Shown here piece by piece: positions 57,842 to 64,000 of a DNA stretch of 64,000 bases. Origin of the DNA: an uncultured Actinomycetes bacterium (GTDB lineage Bacteria; Actinomycetota; Thermoleophilia; Gaiellales; Gaiellaceae). Position numbers and translations under genes: made by a program. Positions within the stretch are counted from its first letter, which is position 1. Each line of letters begins with the position of its first letter. The notes below the pieces were generated by a model. That model did no database searches and was not told the origin of the DNA. It saw only the letters and a program-made list of their open reading frames with translations. The stretch is taken from NCBI GenBank assembly GCA_963846915.1, contig CAWJXV010000008.1, forward strand, positions 135,310-199,309, in the 5' to 3' direction.

Positions 57842-60425
57842 AACTCTGAGCGCCGCAATCTACCCGATCGTCGGCGTCGTCGGCGGCGGAGGCGGCGGCA
57901 GGAGACACGGGTGGTGGAGGGGAAGGCGGGGACACGGGCGGTGGAGTCGGAGGCGGGGAGACGGGCGGGGACACGGGCGGGGGCGGCGGCGAGGGCGCTG
58001 CGGCCTTCGTGAACACGAGCGCGACGGACCGGCGGTCCGGGGCGAGGTTCACGGCCAGGTGGGTGAAGGCTCCCTTGTTCGCCGCGGCGGTCACGATCAG
58101 CCGGCCCGGCTGCGGCGCGAACGCGATCTTCACCCCGGACCCTTGCCGAGGGCCGACCTTCGTCACGATGCCGCCCTGCCACATCGCGACCGTGGCGTTG
58201 CCGAGGTTGATCCGGTCGTCCTTGGTGACGAGACCCTGGGCGGCGAGGGTGCCACCGTCCAGGTGGATGACGGCGGTCACCTTCCGGCCGGCGCTCGTGA
58301 ACGTGACGTCGCTGACCTTCAGGGCAGGCGGCGTCGCCTGCTTCAGCGCACCGACCACCCTCGAGATGACGACCCTGCCCGTCAGCGGGTCGAGCCGCGC
58401 GACCCGCCCGTTCGCCTGGTTGGCGACATAGACCGCCTCGTCGCCGGAGGCGAGCCGGCCCCCGCCGAGCGATGCGGCTCCTTTCCCGACCACGATCAGC
58501 CGGGGCCGGAGCGACGGTGCCGTCACGTCGGCGACGGCGACCTTGCCGAGGCTCGGGAGGGCGGCGAACAGGCGCCCCGTCGTGGCGACCCAGATGTCGC
58601 TCGGGCGTGCGGGAAGCTTGATCGTCCGCTTGAGGCTCCCGCTCGTGAGATCGAGGACCGCGACGCCGCCGGCGACCGGCACGAACAGGTTGTCGCGGAA
58701 CGCGATCAGCCTGCCGGCGGGTTGCGAGCCCGCGGCGTGCTCGGAGCCGGCCACGAGCTGTCCACGTCGGACGGTCAGCTGCTCGACCATGCCGCCGTCG
58801 CGGTCGGCGACGAGTACGCGGCCGCCGGAGGCGACGCCGAGGCCCGCCGGTGCGAAGCCGGCCGTGTCCACGCACGGCTCGAGCATCCTCGTGGGATCGG
58901 TCGCGGTCGCGTGGACGACGCAGATGCGACCGCCCGCCGGTCCGGTCGTCCGGGCGATCGCGATCGGGGCGTTCGTGGCTCCCGCGGCGAGAATCGGCTT
59001 CGACCCGAAGCCCGCCGCGCCGACCGGCGTGAAGTTGGGCGTCCGGTACGCGGTGACCGTCTGGTCGTTGGCGGTGACGATCCTGTTGCCGCTCGCCACC
59101 ATCGCCCGCGGGTGGGAGGGATCCGGGATCGCGTTGACCTGACGGAGCGTGGCCGGATCGAGCTGCGCGATCGCCCCCTTCGGGTTCGTGGCGTACAGCG
59201 AGCCGCCGGCGCTCGCCAGCCAGGGCCGAGCCGTCGTCGGGACGACCGCACCGGCGCCGGTACCCGCCGGGGGAGGCGGCGGCGGCGTCGAGCTGCTCGA
59301 GCCTCCCCGCGTGGCGAGGACGGCGACGGCGGCGGCCACGGCCGCGAGCACGACGACGCCGACGACGATCAGCGTTCGGCGCGACAACGGGAGTCGACGA
59401 GCGGCTTTGCCCGCGACCGTCGGCTCCGCCTGCTCGCCCTCGACCAGAGGGGAGGCCTCGGTCGGTAGAGCCGTCTCGGGGGCCGCCACCGTCTCAGGCG
59501 CAGGCAGCACGACGGCCTCGACCGTCTCTGTGGCCTCAGCCTCCCGCGATGGACCGGTGGGCGCAGCGACCGTCTCGGTCTGCGGTGCCGTCATGGCTTC
59601 GTGGGCGGCGGTCACGAGCTCGCCCGCCGTCTGGTAGCGATCGTCCGGCCGCTTGGCCATCGCCTTGCCGATAACCGCGTCGATAGCCGGCGGCAGGTTC
59701 CCGCGAACCGAGGAGATCGTCGGCGGAGGATCGAGCAAATGCGCGGTGATCACGGCGACATCGGAGTCCTTGTCATACGGGGGCCGCCCCGCCAGACAGT
59801 GGAAGAGCACTCCCCCGAGCGCGTAGATGTCCGAGCGGGCATCGATGGTCTTGCCCTCGATCTGCTCGGGCGAGCAGTAGTCGACGGTCCCGACGAAGAA
59901 CCCGGTGCGCGTGAGCCCCGGAGCCGCCAGCCGCTTCGCCACCCCGAAGTCGGTCAGGTACACGTGGTTCCCGCCACCCGCGATGAGGATGTTCGCGGGC
60001 TTGACGTCGCGGTGGACGAGGCCAGACGCATGTGCAGCGTCGAGTGCCGAGCCTGCCTGGCCGATCACGGAGACGGCCAGCGCCGGGTCGAGCGCGCCGT
60101 CGCGACGGAGCATCGATCCCAGGTCCTCGCCCTCGATGAACCGCATCGCGATGTAGAGGACGCCGTCCTCCTCGTCCGAGTCGTAGACGGGCACGATGTT
60201 CGGGTGCTCGAGCGACGCCGCGAGCTGCGACTCGCGGATGAACCGCTCCCTGAAGCTCTCGTCTGCGGCCAGCTCCGGCAGGAGCACCTTGATCGCAACC
60301 CTGCGCTCGAGCCGGAGATGCGTCGCCAGATACACCGCGCCCATGCCGCCGTGGCCGAGCACGGAATCGATGCGGTATCCACGGAAGACACTTCCGATTT
60401 CGAGCCCGGATGCGACCCCCGCCAT
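57642..60425 (-). CDS. Ser/Thr protein kinase with transmembrane helix and extracellular beta-propeller-like repeat domain (PknD-like)
   Basis: ORF 57642..60425. GHGGMGAVY, VAIKVL, HRDVKPANILI, DFG, SPEQ. Transmembrane helix LIVVGVVVLAAVAAAVAVLA. Long repeat-rich ectodomain and Pro-rich tail. The 3' end as read overlaps the next gene by 200 nt and is doubtful (see findings). Confidence 0.9.
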   Translation of the reverse strand: MAGVASGLEIGSVFRGYRIDSVLGHGGMGAVYLATHLRLERRVAIKVLLPELAADESFRERFIRESQLAASLEHPNIVPVYDSDEEDGVLYIAMRFIEGEDLGSMLRRDGALDPALAVSVIGQAGSALDAAHASGLVHRDVKPANILIAGGGNHVYLTDFGVAKRLAAPGLTRTGFFVGTVDYCSPEQIEGKTIDARSDIYALGGVLFHCLAGRPPYDKDSDVAVITAHLLDPPPTISSVRGNLPPAIDAVIGKAMAKRPDDRYQTAGELVTAAHEAMTAPQTETVAAPTGPSREAEATETVEAVVLPAPETVAAPETALPTEASPLVEGEQAEPTVAGKAARRLPLSRRTLIVVGVVVLAAVAAAVAVLATRGGSSSSTPPPPPPAGTGAGAVVPTTARPWLASAGGSLYATNPKGAIAQLDPATLRQVNAIPDPSHPRAMVASGNRIVTANDQTVTAYRTPNFTPVGAAGFGSKPILAAGATNAPIAIARTTGPAGGRICVVHATATDPTRMLEPCVDTAGFAPAGLGVASGGRVLVADRDGGMVEQLTVRRGQLVAGSEHAAGSQPAGRLIAFRDNLFVPVAGGVAVLDLTSGSLKRTIKLPARPSDIWVATTGRLFAALPSLGKVAVADVTAPSLRPRLIVVGKGAASLGGGRLASGDEAVYVANQANGRVARLDPLTGRVVISRVVGALKQATPPALKVSDVTFTSAGRKVTAVIHLDGGTLAAQGLVTKDDRINLGNATVAMWQGGIVTKVGPRQGSGVKIAFAPQPGRLIVTAAANKGAFTHLAVNLAPDRRSVALVFTKAAAPSPPPPPVSPPVSPPPTPPPVSPPSPPPPVSPAAASAADDADDRVDCGAQSYDAIRVHQARKAAAGDRGEGLAGAPARARAPRRTRGVRVLPVARVRPYARSLLPSGAAVLPGSPSR

Positions 60426-60430
60426 CGCGC

Positions 60431-61951
60431 CTAGTCTGCCAGCAGCGTCCCCGCAGCGCGAATCTCGAGCCTGTCCTGCATGTCTCCCCGGACGCTCGTA
60501 GGAGCCGGCTCCAGCGCGTCCATCTCGTCGCCGAGCCAGGCGAAGACGTCGTGCCGGGCGACCCGCTCGGCCATGCGCTCGATGCGCGTCCGGCGGTCGT
60601 CCTCGTCGAGGATCAACGCCTCGGCCAGGACACCGGCCAGGCCCTCGACGTCGAACGGGTTGCAGGGCAGCGCCTCGAGCAGTTCCTCGGAAGCGCCTGC
60701 GAACTCGCTGAGGACGAGCACACCCGCCTCCTGCCCCGCACCCTGGCAGACGACGAACTCCTTCGCGACGAGATTCATCCCGTCGCGCAACGACGTCACC
60801 AGGCAGACATCCGCCAGGCGATAGTAGGCGAGCAGCCGGGTCGGCGAAACGCCGCGATAGAGGTAGTGGACGGGGACGTCCTCGCCGGACCGCGTGAAGC
60901 GTCCGTTGATCCGGCCCACCATCTCCTCGACCTCGGAGCGCAACTCTCGGTACTCGCGGATGTCACCGCGACTCGGCACGGCGATCTGGACGAAGGCGAT
61001 CCTGCTGCGCAGGTCGCGTCGCTCCTGGAGCAGTAGCTCGATCGCGCGCAGCCGCTCGACGATTCCCTTCGTGTAGTCGAGGCGATCGACGCCGATGAGG
61101 ACGCGCCTCCCGGCGAACTGTGCCCGCAGTCGTTCGACCGCGCGCTCGACCGCCTCCGACTGGGCCTGGGCACGAATCCCGTGCGCGTCGATCGAGATCG
61201 GATGCGTCGCCGTCAGGACCGATCGTCCGTCGCCGAGACGCAGCACCGCGCCCTCCGCCGTGGCGTCCGGCCGCAGCCGCAGGCACGCTCGGAGGAAGTT
61301 CTCCCGATACTCCTCGGTCTGGAACGACACGACATCTGCCCCGAGAAGACCCTCGAGCAAGGTCTCGCGCCACGGCAGGCGTGCAAAGAGTTCCTGGGCC
61401 GGGAACGGAATGTGCAGGAAGAAACCGATCGGCTGGGTCGCCCCTAGCGTCCGGAGCATCAGCGGGACGCAGGCGAGTTGGTAATCGTGGACCCAGAAGA
61501 CCGCGTCCGGGGACGCCGTCTCGATCGCCCGCTCCGCGAAGCGCAGGTTCACGGCGCGGTACTGGTGCCACCAGCGTCCGTTGATCGTCACCCGGTCTGG
61601 CAGGCAATGAAAGAGCGGCCACAGGGTGCTGTTCGAGAAGCCGTGGTAGTGGCCCTCGACGTCCTTCCGCGTCAACGGCACCTGCACGAGCTCCGCGCCG
61701 AGGCCCGGCACCTTTCGCGGAGGACCGGAGGGATGCCCCGCCCAGCCGATCCACACGCCGCGTCTCGACTCGAACGCGGGCTTGAGAGCGGCCACGAGAC
61801 CGCCTGGGGCGGTGCGCCAGCCCGCCGGTGTCTTCACGACCGGCAGACGATTGGCGAGCAGGACAAGCTGAGACTGGACGTCGAGAGCTCCGACGGACAG
61901 GCGGTCGAATGTCCGGATGCGACTACCGGTCCGTGGTTCCGTCAGCGTCAA
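60431..61951 (-). CDS. otsA: Alpha,alpha-trehalose-phosphate synthase (GT20)
   Basis: ORF 60431..61951. LLANRLPV, GGLVAAL, YHGFSNSTLWPLFH, WVHDYQL, FLHIPFP, LRDGMNLVAKEF. Confidence 0.93.
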   Translation of the reverse strand: MTLTEPRTGSRIRTFDRLSVGALDVQSQLVLLANRLPVVKTPAGWRTAPGGLVAALKPAFESRRGVWIGWAGHPSGPPRKVPGLGAELVQVPLTRKDVEGHYHGFSNSTLWPLFHCLPDRVTINGRWWHQYRAVNLRFAERAIETASPDAVFWVHDYQLACVPLMLRTLGATQPIGFFLHIPFPAQELFARLPWRETLLEGLLGADVVSFQTEEYRENFLRACLRLRPDATAEGAVLRLGDGRSVLTATHPISIDAHGIRAQAQSEAVERAVERLRAQFAGRRVLIGVDRLDYTKGIVERLRAIELLLQERRDLRSRIAFVQIAVPSRGDIREYRELRSEVEEMVGRINGRFTRSGEDVPVHYLYRGVSPTRLLAYYRLADVCLVTSLRDGMNLVAKEFVVCQGAGQEAGVLVLSEFAGASEELLEALPCNPFDVEGLAGVLAEALILDEDDRRTRIERMAERVARHDVFAWLGDEMDALEPAPTSVRGDMQDRLEIRAAGTLLAD

Positions 61952-62158
61952 ATCCGGCTCGACTTCATGTGACCTCTCTCACGAACGGAGCCAGAACCTA
62001 CCATGATCGAGGCGGATTCGGCGGAATCCGACATGGGCATCTGGAGGGCGCAGTCCTCGATCTCGAACCCGAGATCGTCGAGCATCGCCCGGTCGCCCGG
62101 GCGCCCTGACCCTCCGTGGTCAGTTCCGGCGCGCGCCGCCCAGTCGGCCGTCAGCAGC

Positions 62159-62659
62159 TCAGTCAGACGACACCTCCCGGATCGCACCGCTCCCCACGTC
62201 GTAGACGAAGCCGGTCACCCCGTACGAGTCCGGCAGGAACGGGCACTCCCGAACTCGCTGCATGCTCGTGCGCACGGCTCGCTCCAGATCGTCGAAGGGC
62301 AGGAAGTCGATGTCGCCTGCGTCGTGGCCGGTCTGCTCCTGGAGCGTCCGGCGGAAATCGTGGTTCGAGAACGCGAGCATGCCGCAGCCCTCGTGCGCGA
62401 CGACGACGACCTCCTGCGTACCGAGATGCCAGTGGGAGATGATGAGCGAGCGCAGCGCATCGTCGGTGACGAGTCCGCCGGCGTTGCGGATGACGTTCGC
62501 GTCGCCGGGCTCGAGCCCGAGGAACCTCGCCGGGTCGAGGCGCGCGTCCATGCAGGTGACGACGGCGAAGCGGCGGACGGGGGGAGCCGCCAGGCCCCCG
62601 TTCGCGAAGGTCGACGCGTACGCCTGGTTTGCGGCTCGAACTTGCGGGACGACGCTCAT
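62159..62659 (-). CDS. Beta-class carbonic anhydrase
   Basis: ATG 62659 within ORF 62159..63208 (MSVVPQVRAANQAYASTF...). VVTCMDARLDP, VIRNAGG, VVAHEGCGM (Cys-His-Cys zinc ligands). ATGA overlap with the fba stop. Confidence 0.9.
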   Translation of the reverse strand: MSVVPQVRAANQAYASTFANGGLAAPPVRRFAVVTCMDARLDPARFLGLEPGDANVIRNAGGLVTDDALRSLIISHWHLGTQEVVVVAHEGCGMLAFSNHDFRRTLQEQTGHDAGDIDFLPFDDLERAVRTSMQRVRECPFLPDSYGVTGFVYDVGSGAIREVSSD

Positions 62660-63687
62660 CGGGCCGCGATCGACTTGCCCGCCGATCCGAGCTCCTCGCA
62701 CGCCTGGACGACGCGCGCCGCCATCGACGCCTCGCCCTTCCGCCCCCAGGCCCGCGGGTCGTAGGCCTTCTTGTCCCCGACGCCGCCGTCGACCTTGAGG
62801 ACGCCGGAGTACGACTCGAGCATGTGGCCGGCGATCGGCCGCGTGAAGGCGTACTGCATGTCGGTGTCGACGTTCATCTTCACGACGCCGTAGGAGACCG
62901 CCTCGGCGATCATCTCCGGCTCGGAGCCCGAGCCTCCGTGGAAGACGAAGTCGAAGGAAACGCCCTCTCCGTATCGCCCGGCGAGCGCCTGCTGACCCTC
63001 GAGCAGCACCTCCGGCCGGAGCTTGACGCTCCCCGGCGCGTAGACGCCGTGGACGTTCCCGAAGGTCGCGGCGAGCAGATAGCGGCCGCGCTCGCCGGTG
63101 CCCAGCACCTCGGCGACGCGGAGCAGGTCCTCGGGCGTCGTGTAGAGCTTCTCGCTCGGGGCGTCCTCCCCGGAGACGCCGTCTTCCTCGCCGCCGACGA
63201 CACCGCACTCGACCTCGAGGATGATGTCAGCCTCCACGCACTCGTCGAGCAGTGCCGAGGCGATCTCGAGGTTCTCGTCGAGCGGCAACGTGGAGCCGTC
63301 GAACATGTGCGAGTTGAAGAGCGGGCTCTCGCCGCGACGTCGGCGCTCGAGCGAGATCGCGAGCAGCGGCCTCAGATATCCGTCGAGCTTGTCGGCGGTG
63401 CAGTGATCCGTGTGCAGCCCGACCAGCACCGGGCATCGCCCGCCGACGACCTTGGCGAACGTGGCCAGCGCCTGGGCGCCGAGCGACATGTCCCTGGCGA
63501 GGCCGGAGGCGAACTCGCCGCCCCCCGTGGACACCTGGACGATTCCGTCCGAGCCGGCCTCGGCGAACCCCTGGAGAGCAGCGTTGAGCGTCTCGGACGA
63601 GCTGACGTTCACGGCCGGGAACGCGAACCGTCCGGCTTTCGCGGCATCGATCATCTCCACGTACTGGGCGTGGGTCGCGATCGGCAT
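62656..63687 (-). CDS. fbaA: Class II fructose-bisphosphate aldolase
   Basis: ORF 62656..63687. FAFPAVNVSS, VGLHTDHC, FNSHMFDGS, LEVECGVVGGEEDG, GNVHGVY, VFHGGSGS. Confidence 0.95.
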   Translation of the reverse strand: MPIATHAQYVEMIDAAKAGRFAFPAVNVSSSETLNAALQGFAEAGSDGIVQVSTGGGEFASGLARDMSLGAQALATFAKVVGGRCPVLVGLHTDHCTADKLDGYLRPLLAISLERRRRGESPLFNSHMFDGSTLPLDENLEIASALLDECVEADIILEVECGVVGGEEDGVSGEDAPSEKLYTTPEDLLRVAEVLGTGERGRYLLAATFGNVHGVYAPGSVKLRPEVLLEGQQALAGRYGEGVSFDFVFHGGSGSEPEMIAEAVSYGVVKMNVDTDMQYAFTRPIAGHMLESYSGVLKVDGGVGDKKAYDPRAWGRKGEASMAARVVQACEELGSAGKSIAAR

Positions 63688-63724
63688 CAGGCCTTCCTTC
63701 CTTCGTGTCCTGCCGGTCTGCTCG

Positions 63725-64000
63725 CTAGCTCGAGGACCACTTCCATTCCTGGATCTCCGGCATGTCGTCGCCGTACCGGCGGACGTAGTGGTGGTGATCG
63801 ACGAGCTTGTCGCGCAGCTCCTGCTTGACGTACGCGGCGGATGCGCCGAGGCCGGGCACCCGGTCGATGACGTCCTCGGCGAGGTGGAAGCGGTCCAGAT
63901 CGTTCCGCACGACCATGTCGAAGGGTGTCGTGGTCGTGCCCTCCTCCTTGTATCCGCGAGCGTGAAGATTCACGTGCCCCGCACGGCGGTACATGAGGCG
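63725..64000 (-). CDS. Phosphoketolase (xylulose-5-P/fructose-6-P), C-terminal end; gene continues past window end
   Basis: ORF 63725..63994 and beyond. [42 protein letters not shown]...[13 protein letters not shown] matches the conserved phosphoketolase C-terminus. Confidence 0.85.
   Translation of the reverse strand, partial: RLMYRRAGHVNLHARGYKEEGTTTTPFDMVVRNDLDRFHLAEDVIDRVPGLGASAAYVKQELRDKLVDHHHYVRRYGDDMPEIQEWKWSSS

Noticed and set aside
52277-64000. ackA, fba and phosphoketolase in one window, considered as a dedicated phosphoketolase-pathway gene cluster.
   Set aside because: The genes are 10 kb apart, are separated by unrelated genes on both strands, and are not co-oriented as an operon. 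Co-occurrence is compatible with ordinary central-metabolism scatter.

Overview
High-GC (about 70 percent by eye), gene-dense bacterial chromosomal segment. The gene content looks Actinomycetota-like: MMPL, CsoR, DtxR/MntR, PadR, an NDMA/mycothiol-type alcohol dehydrogenase, and a PknD-like Ser/Thr kinase. I support about 65 protein genes. Core metabolism: acnA, folE, tdh-kbl, fba, gnd, otsA, ackA, ferrochelatase, a phosphoketolase 3' end, a class-III aminotransferase and a beta-carbonic anhydrase. Metal handling: copA-csoR with a CsoR-type operator, modABC with an HTH-TOBE regulator and a Mop protein, a second P-type ATPase with a divergent Cys-rich wHTH regulator, and an MntR-like repressor. 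There is also a DUF4129/MoxR/DUF58 cluster. I could not recognise any rRNA, tRNA, CRISPR array, transposase or integrase. Many adjacent genes are joined by 4-nt start/stop overlaps (ATGA, GTGA, TTGA). Main hunt results follow. (1) A TPP riboswitch is followed by three near-identical 68-bp tandem repeats. Each encodes a 23-codon Arg-rich mini-ORF, chained ATGA-to-ATGA onto the start codon of a CytX-like NCS1 transporter. (2) A NuoG-type formate dehydrogenase alpha subunit has an in-frame UGA at the catalytic Sec/Cys position and a downstream hairpin with a GGUC loop. (3) A 17-bp dyad TAGTCA-N5-TGACTA occurs three times around the molybdate genes. (4) A triple GTGCCWGGCAC palindrome array lies in the divergent promoter of the P-type ATPase and its regulator, with a 24-bp perfect copy inside a distant CDS. 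(5) A translationally coupled five-gene operon combines an FAD oxidoreductase, a CDP-alcohol phosphatidyltransferase, FolE, a RibD_C reductase and a NuoEF-like protein. (6) Conserved genes carry single-nucleotide frame breaks (NuoF-like, ferrochelatase, acetate kinase). A secreted B-repeat protein gene is broken about six times. Either sequence quality or gene decay could explain this. All calls are by-eye motif recognition; no database search was run.
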